Source of the DNA: a virus
Length of the DNA: 64,000 bases
IMG/VR virus record: IMGVR_UViG_3300027754_005427
Location: 22,927 to 86,926 of that record
Direction: 5' to 3' (one strand)
Part shown: piece after piece, positions 38,486 through 46,622 of the stretch
How positions within the stretch are numbered: the first letter of the stretch is position 1
Layout: the number at the start of each line of letters is the position of its first letter
Position numbers and translations under genes: made by a program
Notes under the pieces: model-generated
Told to the model about the DNA's origin: nothing
The model's input: the letters and a program-made list of their open reading frames with translations, nothing else
Database searches by the model: none

Positions 38486-38529
38486 GCATTATTTATGAAG
38501 CCATTTATGAATTCATAATATTTTATTTC

Positions 38530-38556
38530 AAAATAATTATTTTTCCACTACAAACA
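38530..38556. repeat. 27-bp direct repeat, copy 2
   Basis: Identical to 37779-37805. Confidence 0.9.
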
Positions 38557-38684
38557 GGCAATATCCTGTCCCGTATAAATAGAAGAAAATTTATTTTAAG
38601 AAAATATTCATTTTTAATTGAATATTTCCCAACTTGAAACGAACAAGATAGTAGGAAGATAACTTTAACCCACGGAGAATCAAA

Positions 38685-39119
38685 ATGATTCGAGAAGATG
38701 AAGAAAACATTCTTAATTGTAATTGCAGCAGGTATTACATCGTACCAATGGACAAAATGGCTGATTTAATGGGAATACCATTAACTTTAGATGAGTTTGG
38801 AATGGATGAAAGAGATTATGATGTTACACACAAAGTATTTGAGGCTGGTGGTGATTTTGTTAACCTTGAAACTGGCGAAATGGAAGCAGAACCAGTCAAA
38901 ATAGTCAAGAAATACAAACTTGATGCAGATGGCAATAATGAAGTAATAATCGAAATTAGAGCAATTAAATCGACTGCCCATAGGTTTCTAATGAAAGGAG
39001 AACTAACAAGGAACGAGTATGTCTTGAAAAGAACAAAAGAACTAGGATTAAATGGTATTGACCTGATCAATAACATTGAAAAGCTTTACGAAGAATACAA
39101 ACAACTAACAGCCAGCTAA
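38685..39119 (+). CDS. Hypothetical protein
   Basis: GGAG RBS; acidic 144 aa protein. Confidence 0.65.
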   Translation: MIREDEENILNCNCSRYYIVPMDKMADLMGIPLTLDEFGMDERDYDVTHKVFEAGGDFVNLETGEMEAEPVKIVKKYKLDADGNNEVIIEIRAIKSTAHRFLMKGELTRNEYVLKRTKELGLNGIDLINNIEKLYEEYKQLTAS

Positions 39120-39130
39120 GGAGAATTACA

Positions 39131-39559
39131 ATGGAAAGAGAATGCGAAGATTGCGGAATTACATTTACAGACAATAGGTACTTTAAAGGAGAACTTCCTA
39201 AAAACGCTTTTTGCCCACTTTGTTGTTTAGAGAGATTTTTTGCAGATGTAGACCATGGAAATAAAATTCTCAAAGAAGAAACTTGGAATTTTAGATCAAA
39301 TTGGAAAGCAAAAGTTTGGAATAGCTCATCCCTATACGAAGAAGGCTCTGATTTTATTCATATAGATATAAAACAAGAAAAACTTGAATTACAATTAGCC
39401 ATTAAAAAAAGAGAAGGTTCTACTGATGAATTCCTTGTTTGGATTGGAGACAAGCAGTTTATATGTAAAGCAGAACCAATAGATGAAGAAGCAAGGCATG
39501 AACAAGGTAAAATATTAAGTGAACATAGTCCTTTAGAGATATTGGACAAAGAAATATGA
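39131..39559 (+). CDS. Hypothetical protein with N-terminal Zn ribbon
   Basis: CEDC...CPLC; AGGAG RBS. Confidence 0.65.
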   Translation: MERECEDCGITFTDNRYFKGELPKNAFCPLCCLERFFADVDHGNKILKEETWNFRSNWKAKVWNSSSLYEEGSDFIHIDIKQEKLELQLAIKKREGSTDEFLVWIGDKQFICKAEPIDEEARHEQGKILSEHSPLEILDKEI

Positions 39560-39612
39560 TCTCTTAGTTCACTTTGCTGGACTAAAGAAGCTCCTTAGTT
39601 CACGCAAACCGC

Positions 39613-39649
39613 TTTCCCTTAACTAAGGACATTCTTTAGTTAAGGGAAA
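39613..39649. terminator. 17-bp hairpin between convergent genes
   Basis: TTTCCCTTAACTAAGGA-CAT-TCTTTAGTTAAGGGAAA, with one G-U pair. Confidence 0.75.
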
Positions 39650-39654
39650 TTAAC

Positions 39655-40005
39655 TTAACCATTCCAATATTTGACTGGAATTAGTCTTTTGGGAAAATGT
39701 TTCAAAGCTATGGCAATACGATGATGTCCATCAGTTAAAGTTTGATTTTCATCCTTATCAACATGAATTTCAATTGGAGTCTTAATTCCATCTTTTAAAA
39801 TCTTATCAAGTAAACCTGTTTTTTTGGCATTATCATATTTAAAATCCAACAGCTTTTTGTCATCACCATTAGCAAAATCAAATCTTCCACGAAGATCATC
39901 GTGATCTTCAAAACTAACCGAACCAATTATTTCTTTGGCAGACAAAGATTTTGGCAAATGTTCAAATTGCGTATTTTTGTTTTCTAAAAATTCTTTAAAT
40001 CTCAT
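39655..40005 (-). CDS. ParB/Srx N-terminal-like domain protein with capsid-targeting-like N-terminus; start at ATG 40005
   Basis: MRFKEFLEN; I.KDGIKTPI...LTDGHHRIA; GATAAATA 5 nt upstream. Confidence 0.7.
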   Translation of the reverse strand: MRFKEFLENKNTQFEHLPKSLSAKEIIGSVSFEDHDDLRGRFDFANGDDKKLLDFKYDNAKKTGLLDKILKDGIKTPIEIHVDKDENQTLTDGHHRIAIALKHFPKRLIPVKYWNG

Positions 40006-40120
40006 GTAATTATTTATCATAAAAATATCAAGAAAATCTTAAAATAATCTAATATATATTAAATAATTTTTAGTTAAAAGAATTTTAATATTATTTTTAA
40101 TATAAACAATAAATAATATT

Positions 40121-40573
40121 ATGAAATTTAAAGATTATGTTGAAAAAAGAGATCTGCTTGAAGCTAACTGGTGGGAAGACGATAAAGAAACTCTTGGAAA
40201 AATCAAAGAAATAATAGCAGGTGTAGTAATGAAGTCTGGTAAAACTCCAGATGAATACAAAAAGATAACAGAATCATTGTATGAACTTTTATATTCTTTT
40301 TATAGATCAATAAAAATTATAAAAGAAAAAGAATCTAAGGATAGTAGCTTTTCTACTTTGAAAAAAAATGGTTTACTTGATATGACTAAAGATATTGAAA
40401 ATAATAAAAATATAAAAAAAGCTATTATGAATAAATTAAACAATGATGGTATTGTGTCTAAAATTGAAAAAGAAATAGTAACAGCAGTAGAAAAAGAAAT
40501 AGAAAATGAAAATATGTCAGACGCAAAAAGATATGCAGATGGCAAAGATCAATCTAATAACGCTTTTAGATAA
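40121..40573 (+). CDS. Helical protein with capsid-targeting-like N-terminus
   Basis: MKFKDYVEKRDLLE; AATAAATA 5 nt upstream. Confidence 0.6.
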   Translation: MKFKDYVEKRDLLEANWWEDDKETLGKIKEIIAGVVMKSGKTPDEYKKITESLYELLYSFYRSIKIIKEKESKDSSFSTLKKNGLLDMTKDIENNKNIKKAIMNKLNNDGIVSKIEKEIVTAVEKEIENENMSDAKRYADGKDQSNNAFR

Positions 40574-40577
40574 TTAC

Positions 40578-41291
40578 TTATAAAATCTTATTATTAATCC
40601 TCATAAGTCTAGGATCTTTTTTCTTGTCATCTTTTTCTGGTGATGTGCTAACTCCATCTGCCTGATCATAAGCAAATATTCCAAATTGTAATATTGTATA
40701 AATATCACTTCTAAGCATTACATCAATTGATGTTGTAATACCATTTTTAACAATGCTAGACAAAAGTCTTTTTGCCATCACTGGGTCAATAGAATAAGAA
40801 TGTGTTCTTAAACAAAATCTATAATTGCAATTCAACTGACCATGAATTGGGATACTGCCCCAATAATTATTTTGAAGCTGCTCAATACTTCCTAAATATA
40901 TAATCGCATTAAATGCTGGATGATGTGTAAAGTTTTGTAAAACAATTGCATCATGCTCCAAAGCAATAATTGGTCTATCTATTTCAACACAATGTGCCCA
41001 AAGTGCAACATGACTTAAAACATTACAAATTTCAGTAAAAGCTAAAGCTTCATTTACAACTTTAACCCATTTTAACCAATTTTGATTTTTCAAATGTTCT
41101 GGAACTATTATTTCTCCAGTAGTTCCATTGAATGCTTCTGATACTTTATATGGCATTCCAACTTTATCACAGCTTTCTGCACATCTTCTAGACATCGACT
41201 CCGAAAGCTCATGATCTTTTATCGTAATGATATATGCAGATTCTATTTCTGTATTATAATTGAAATTTAATGTCTCTTTTAGTTTTTCCAT
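40578..41291 (-). CDS. GT25-like glycosyltransferase, tandem paralog A
   Basis: AYIITI, EICNVLSH..LW..C, ALEHDA, THSYSIDP..AK.L, D. Confidence 0.7.
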   Translation of the reverse strand: MEKLKETLNFNYNTEIESAYIITIKDHELSESMSRRCAESCDKVGMPYKVSEAFNGTTGEIIVPEHLKNQNWLKWVKVVNEALAFTEICNVLSHVALWAHCVEIDRPIIALEHDAIVLQNFTHHPAFNAIIYLGSIEQLQNNYWGSIPIHGQLNCNYRFCLRTHSYSIDPVMAKRLLSSIVKNGITTSIDVMLRSDIYTILQFGIFAYDQADGVSTSPEKDDKKKDPRLMRINNKIL

Positions 41292-41293
41292 TG

Positions 41294-41971
41294 TTAAGCC
41301 TTAAAGGGAACATCATGTTCATATATGGTAGTTTCTCCTGCCATGTCTGCTGCAAATATACCAAATGATACTATTGAAAACTCTTGCATCTTCATCATCA
41401 CATCAACCGCAGTATAAATTCCTCTTTCAATCGCATGAGATACCAAATTTTTAGCAATTAATGGATCAATTGAGTAAGCGTGTGTTCTAAGAATATAACG
41501 ATAATTATGACCAAGTTGTGCATGTGGTGGTATTGGATTCCAATAATTGCTTTTAACTTGTTCGCTACTTCCTAAATAAACAATTGAATTAAATACATTA
41601 TGGTGCGTAAAAGGTTGAAGCATAATAGCATCGTGCTCTAGTGCTACTAAAGGCATGTCTTCTTCTATACATTTACACCAAAGAGAAAAATGAGAAAGCC
41701 AGCAGCAAATTTCTGGTTTAGTTAAACTGTAATTTGTTAATTTCAACCACTTCAACCAATTAGTATTTCTAGCATGTTCTGGAACTTTGATCTTTTCGCC
41801 AGTACCATCAAAGGCATCCCATATAACTGCCTTTTGTCCAACGCTATTGCAAGAATCAAGACATCGTTGCCCCATAAGCTCTGAATTCTTATGATCTTTG
41901 ATGGTGATAATATAAGAATTACTTACTTCTGTATTGTAGTTCCAGTTAAGTGTTGGTTCTAATATTTCCAT
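41294..41971 (-). CDS. GT25-like glycosyltransferase, tandem paralog B
   Basis: SYIITI, EICCWLSHFSLW, ALEHDA, THAYSIDP. Confidence 0.7.
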   Translation of the reverse strand: MEILEPTLNWNYNTEVSNSYIITIKDHKNSELMGQRCLDSCNSVGQKAVIWDAFDGTGEKIKVPEHARNTNWLKWLKLTNYSLTKPEICCWLSHFSLWCKCIEEDMPLVALEHDAIMLQPFTHHNVFNSIVYLGSSEQVKSNYWNPIPPHAQLGHNYRYILRTHAYSIDPLIAKNLVSHAIERGIYTAVDVMMKMQEFSIVSFGIFAADMAGETTIYEHDVPFKA

Positions 41972-41972
41972 T

Positions 41973-42164
41973 TTATCTTAAGTCATCTATAAGAATTTCT
42001 TGATCAAATTCTTTTGAAAAACATCCAAGATCAAACATTTTTTTTATATACTTATTGTAAAGATCTGTAGTTGGACTTTTTTGAATTGCATGATTCCTTG
42101 CCATTCCAGCAAGTTTTATTGAAATTTCTTTTAATTCTTCAAATTCTTTTTTATAGTTTTTCAT
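41973..42164 (-). CDS. Hypothetical protein
   Basis: Fills the operon between overlapping neighbours. Confidence 0.5.
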   Translation of the reverse strand: MKNYKKEFEELKEISIKLAGMARNHAIQKSPTTDLYNKYIKKMFDLGCFSKEFDQEILIDDLR

Positions 42165-43053
42165 ATATTAAAATAGTATTCCGAAACCAATTGCATCCAT
42201 ATGGATTTATAATATTTCTTGCTTTTGTAGAATCTTCTTTCAAATAACGAAATCCTCTTTTTTCAATCTCTGGTATTACTTCATCATTGTTTAAACAATT
42301 AACATGAGAAGAACTGTGTTGACCTCTTATAGCCCAAGATAATATTAATTTGTCATCACAAGCATTGCAAATATTATCTAAAAAAACATCTTTATGTTGT
42401 TTTGGAATATGTTCGCCAACTTCTAAACAAATCACATTTCCTTTTTTGTTTACTTTAAAAGTTTCTGATAAATCTTGTTTTAATATATTTGAAAATTCTT
42501 TATTTGGTACTTCACCTTCATATCCAGTCAAATCAACGAATCCTTTGCTATTTAAATGTTTTAAATAACTGCCAATTCCACATCCAAAATCATGAATTGT
42601 TTTATTATTATCAAGATAATTACTTATCCATTCTGCTAACTCTTCACAAAAAATATGTATTTCTGCTAATTTCAAACTCCAACAACCAGTCGCAGAAACT
42701 TCTTTTTTATGTTCCATTGCTTTTAATATGTCATTTTTCATCACTAAAACATCTGGAGTTGGTGGTAAAATGTTTAAAATTTTCAATGCTTCTTCATTCA
42801 TATTGGCAAATAAATAAATTCTAGCCATATTATTAAAAATTTCATTTTTTACATTATAATCAAATGTCATCGAAAGTGTTTTTTCACAAGCATCTATTGC
42901 CTTATCATATTCATGAATTGAAAAATATGCTTTTGATAATTCAATGTAATCATTTAAATCTTTTGAATGTTCTGAAAAGTGATCAACAACTTCAATTGCA
43001 AGTTTTGTTTTACCTGTATTAGCCAAAAATTTAACTAAATTTTCTAATGTCAT
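42151..43053 (-). CDS. TPR plus class I methyltransferase
   Basis: N-terminal TPR (YDKAIDACEK); DFGCGIGSY, CLEVGEHIP, HVNC. Confidence 0.8.
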   Translation of the reverse strand: MTLENLVKFLANTGKTKLAIEVVDHFSEHSKDLNDYIELSKAYFSIHEYDKAIDACEKTLSMTFDYNVKNEIFNNMARIYLFANMNEEALKILNILPPTPDVLVMKNDILKAMEHKKEVSATGCWSLKLAEIHIFCEELAEWISNYLDNNKTIHDFGCGIGSYLKHLNSKGFVDLTGYEGEVPNKEFSNILKQDLSETFKVNKKGNVICLEVGEHIPKQHKDVFLDNICNACDDKLILSWAIRGQHSSSHVNCLNNDEVIPEIEKRGFRYLKEDSTKARNIINPYGCNWFRNTILIYEKL

Positions 43054-43055
43054 TT

Positions 43056-43259
43056 TTAACCTTTTGAATTAATCAAACTTGTGAATCTTCCTTTTTTGAT
43101 TTTTTCTTTTATTCTCGGCAACCTTTTTTCAGATTCAACATCTTTACGAAGTTTTTTCAACTTTATAACTTCGACCAATAATTGAAATGTTAAATATGAT
43201 AAATATAATAAAATGCCAATAATAGTTATGGGCATTAATATAAAAAATACAGCAATCAC
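43056..43259 (-). CDS. Small membrane protein
   Basis: N-terminal TM helix and basic tail. Confidence 0.5.
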   Translation of the reverse strand: MIAVFFILMPITIIGILLYLSYLTFQLLVEVIKLKKLRKDVESEKRLPRIKEKIKKGRFTSLINSKG

Positions 43260-43633
43260 TTACTTGGCATCCATTTGTTTAGAGGAAATTCAACATTGAC
43301 CCATTTAGTGAGAGGAAATTCAATTTGTTTTCCATCACTCGAAACATAATAACATTTTATAACTCCACTTTCATATCCTTTAGTCAAAATTGAAGCCTGC
43401 CAACCAATCAACTTTTCTTGAGTTTTAGCACTCTCGTATCCATCGCTAAACCCAGTATTATAGTTCGTTAGTTCCTCGTAGTTTACCTTATCTTCTAGGA
43501 CAAAAGCCTTACTGTGCATATACTTGTAATCCTCCATTGCGTTTTTCATCTCTGCATTCAAATATATGCAGTACGAAATAGGAACCAATATTAGAAGAAT
43601 GTATATCGCAATAACTGGAGAATTAATTTTCAT
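43256..43633 (-). CDS. Membrane-anchored hypothetical protein
   Basis: N-terminal TM; overlaps both neighbours. Confidence 0.55.
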   Translation of the reverse strand: MKINSPVIAIYILLILVPISYCIYLNAEMKNAMEDYKYMHSKAFVLEDKVNYEELTNYNTGFSDGYESAKTQEKLIGWQASILTKGYESGVIKCYYVSSDGKQIEFPLTKWVNVEFPLNKWMPSK

Positions 43634-43985
43634 TTTTTCTTTCTTTCTTTATTTTTTTGCCCAATTTAACAGCATCATCAACACCAGTCCAACGAAAACA
43701 TTCTATCATGGAATTGGTAGTTTGCATATCCATTATTTCTGGACATTTCTCACACATTTCTTGAATATGTGATACATCAGGGTAATGTCGCAAACATCCC
43801 TTAGCCATTTCTCGTACTTCTTTTGGAATTCTCTTTAAATTAAATGCAAGATCAACCAAGAATTTTCTTGTTTGTGCAATTGACCTAGTTCTTTCCTGTG
43901 GCAAAGTCATATTTTCCCCGATATTCAAACAACTTAATATATCTTCTCCATTATCAAACTTCTCATCAAACTCTTCTGCCTTCAT
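43623..43985 (-). CDS. BPSL0761-like protein with an N-terminal extension resembling a CopG/BrnA-type antitoxin start
   Basis: MTLPQERTRSI...RIPKEVR..A..CLRHYP; preceded in frame by MKAEEFDEKFDNGEDI; ATGA overlap at 43982-43985. Confidence 0.6.
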   Translation of the reverse strand: MKAEEFDEKFDNGEDILSCLNIGENMTLPQERTRSIAQTRKFLVDLAFNLKRIPKEVREMAKGCLRHYPDVSHIQEMCEKCPEIMDMQTTNSMIECFRWTGVDDAVKLGKKIKKERKNEN

Positions 43986-44218
43986 CGCAATCTCACAATA
44001 CATCTGGCAGAGCAAGCTAGTGTTGCACAACCACTAACTACTGCTTCATATGCGATTTTATCTTGCTCTTTTAACGCAAGTTGATATTTCTTCGAAACAA
44101 TATTATATCTTTTGTGAGATTCCAAAGTAGCAATTCTTGCATTTCGCAAGGCTAACTTTGATTTGTGAACGGAAAAAGAAGCGTCTAAAACCTCTTGCTG
44201 CAATTCTTGTAAATTCAT
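43982..44218 (-). CDS. Hypothetical coiled-coil protein
   Basis: Operon position with overlapping ends. Confidence 0.5.
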   Translation of the reverse strand: MNLQELQQEVLDASFSVHKSKLALRNARIATLESHKRYNIVSKKYQLALKEQDKIAYEAVVSGCATLACSARCIVRLR

Positions 44219-44321
44219 TCTTCAATCTCATCGACATTTGGACTAAGCAATACTACGATTGGAACAAATATCACTAAAAATAGCAATGCCAAAATTAAAT
44301 GATTCAAAGTCATGTGCATTT

Positions 44322-44795
44322 TTACATCCTAAATTTCTTGTTGACTTCGGAAAGGTCTGAAACTGTAATGACATGCACGAAATCTTGATCATAAATATCA
44401 TTGATCACACATATCCATTTTTCTCCAACTTTAATCTCTACATTCAAATCATTATTTTTTCTTGATAGTCTAACATGTGATGTCGAAACAGTTTCAGAAC
44501 AGTTTAATTCTTTTATTTCGGCAATAGTTTTTTTTACTGCTTGTTCATCTATTTCAATTTTATTAGTAAAGACAACCTCTTCTGATCTAACATCTTTAGA
44601 ATAGCTTTTAAACTCTTCTATAACAGTTTCAGAAGCGGTTTCGCCAAATCCATTATTGTAGTCATTAGGTTTGCTCGAAAGATATGTCACTCTAGCTTGT
44701 GTGTTATTGATGCCACAGTAAAGAACTTTATTATCCCAATAAGTGAATTGATTACGATATAGATTTGTCGTTCTTTCAATTACTCTATATATCAT
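44322..44795 (-). CDS. Hypothetical protein
   Basis: 157 aa; AAGGA RBS. Confidence 0.6.
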   Translation of the reverse strand: MIYRVIERTTNLYRNQFTYWDNKVLYCGINNTQARVTYLSSKPNDYNNGFGETASETVIEEFKSYSKDVRSEEVVFTNKIEIDEQAVKKTIAEIKELNCSETVSTSHVRLSRKNNDLNVEIKVGEKWICVINDIYDQDFVHVITVSDLSEVNKKFRM

Positions 44796-44811
44796 TTTTC
44801 ATTTCCTTGTT

Positions 44812-44872
44812 CAGATCAATAGGAATCGTATGCACACCATTCAATCTCTTTGTCGCTCATTTCTGTTCTCCT
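44812..44872 (-). pseudogene. Collapsed remnant of the 45745..46173 gene (RBS and start joined to its 3' end)
   Basis: AGGAGAACAGAAATGAG matches the 46169-46185 start; TTGAATGGTGTGCATACGATTCCTATTGATCT matches 45773-45804 with one mismatch. Confidence 0.7.
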
Positions 44873-45672
44873 GTTGCTTTTTTCGCTCTATCTTCACGAA
44901 TATCTTTTGCGTTCCAAAGTATGACTTCATTGGCATCGTCTTCTTTTGCAATTTCTCCTTTGTTAATTTCTACATCTACAACTGTGGATTCACCACTCAC
45001 ATTTAATGCGAAGGTTGCTTTTAAGATGTCTTTTGCATAACGATGCGAATATTTTGCATCTTTAGCAATTGCAGCTTCACCTAATTTAAATGGTCCTTTT
45101 AAAACATATTTTGCGTAATCATAAGACCATTGTGAACTTGTAGCTATTGCAGCTTCACCTTTTAAAAATGGTGCTTGTAAAACTCGTCTTGCATAAACAT
45201 GAGAACATATTGCACTTGTAGCTATCGCCTTTTCACCTAATGGAAAAGGTGCATTTAAAACATATAGTGCATAATCATAAGACCATTCTGCACTTCTAGC
45301 TATTGCCTCTTCGCCTATTGCAAAAGGTGCTTTCAAAACATCTCTCGCATAAATAAAAGAATAATATTCATCTGTAGCTATCGCCTTTTCACCTAACGGA
45401 AAAGGTGCTTTCAAAACATTCAACGCATACATATGAGAACGATTTGCACATTTAGCTATCGCAGCTTCACCTAACGGAAAAGGTGCTTCTAAAACATTCA
45501 ATGCATAATAGTAAGACCATTTTGCATCTTTAGCTATTGTCTCTTCCCCATCCTTCCAAGGTGCTAGTAATTTGAACATGACTTTATCACTCAAAGCATA
45601 TTCGTAACATGCTTTTGCATTCCATTTTTCTTCGTAAGTAACTTCGTCATTTTTTTCTGTAATCTTGATCAT
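44857..45672 (-). CDS. Helical repeat protein (25-aa unit, about 7 copies)
   Basis: Repeats of AxWSYxYAxxVLKAPFPLGExAIA; AAGGAG RBS. Confidence 0.8.
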   Translation of the reverse strand: MIKITEKNDEVTYEEKWNAKACYEYALSDKVMFKLLAPWKDGEETIAKDAKWSYYYALNVLEAPFPLGEAAIAKCANRSHMYALNVLKAPFPLGEKAIATDEYYSFIYARDVLKAPFAIGEEAIARSAEWSYDYALYVLNAPFPLGEKAIATSAICSHVYARRVLQAPFLKGEAAIATSSQWSYDYAKYVLKGPFKLGEAAIAKDAKYSHRYAKDILKATFALNVSGESTVVDVEINKGEIAKEDDANEVILWNAKDIREDRAKKATGEQK

Positions 45673-45744
45673 TACTATCTCCTTTGTTGGTTTTTTACAT
45701 CTACATCGTAACAGAGTTTGTCAAAAAGTAAACCCTATTTAAAT

Positions 45745-46173
45745 TTATTTTTCATCAACAGTTACTTTATTTAGATCAATAGGAATCGTATGCACCCCAT
45801 TCAAATACGCATCAAGCACATCCGCACTGGTCATATTCTTTTTCAATATAATCACACCAGTCACATCATCAACTAATGTATGTGCATCAAGCTCACCACT
45901 TTTACTTTCAAATTTGCTCATGAATTTATCCTGTGCTGCTCTCCATGCTCTACTATGTCCTTCTCTTGTGTCATGAGTTGTTGTTAATTGATCGAGGTCG
46001 ATTAGCACCTCTAATTTCATGACGCATTTCCCTTTTTTGTTACGCTTCCCAAGACCGAAAGAATTAACCTCAAACTCTTGACCATTTAAAAACATCTTCA
46101 TCATACTTGGATCATTTGGATCGGTCACAATTTTCCATTCATCTTTTACTGGTCTTTGATCTAGATCACTCAT
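45745..46173 (-). CDS. Hypothetical protein
   Basis: AGGAG RBS. Confidence 0.65.
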   Translation of the reverse strand: MSDLDQRPVKDEWKIVTDPNDPSMMKMFLNGQEFEVNSFGLGKRNKKGKCVMKLEVLIDLDQLTTTHDTREGHSRAWRAAQDKFMSKFESKSGELDAHTLVDDVTGVIILKKNMTSADVLDAYLNGVHTIPIDLNKVTVDEK

Positions 46174-46183
46174 TTCTGTTCTC

Positions 46184-46369
46184 CTATTGTTTAATTTCTT
46201 TTTTGATAATATCGCTTACCAACCTTATCATCATGAGATTATTTTCTAACATTTCATCTCTTGATTTTTTCAAATTTGTTTGTGCGATATGTATTGCTAC
46301 AATGCTCCAAATGAGTGCAGACACGCTAATGCCAATAACAAACGCAAGACATTTATCAGTTAGGCTCAT
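46184..46369 (-). CDS. Small membrane protein
   Basis: TM helix; ATGA overlap and AGGAG RBS. Confidence 0.6.
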   Translation of the reverse strand: MSLTDKCLAFVIGISVSALIWSIVAIHIAQTNLKKSRDEMLENNLMMIRLVSDIIKKEIKQ

Positions 46370-46596
46370 AATTGTTCTCCTGTTATTGGTTTGTCAAAGT
46401 TTACTAAAAGTTTTATTTCAGTAAATTCGGTATTAACAATGTCGGATTCCATCCTGCTAGAGTGAATATTGAACTCCTTACCACCAGTGTACAACTTGCC
46501 TCCATTTATATCGAGAACGATGTTGTTCTCGTTTATTTTTTTCACTTCTGATGTCAATTTGCGAAGTGTACTTAATTCTTCTGGTGTTATGCCCAT
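46366..46596 (-). CDS. Hypothetical protein
   Basis: AAGGA RBS. Confidence 0.6.
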   Translation of the reverse strand: MGITPEELSTLRKLTSEVKKINENNIVLDINGGKLYTGGKEFNIHSSRMESDIVNTEFTEIKLLVNFDKPITGEQL

Positions 46597-46622
46597 GATT
46601 GTTGTCCTTTTAATGTGACGAG

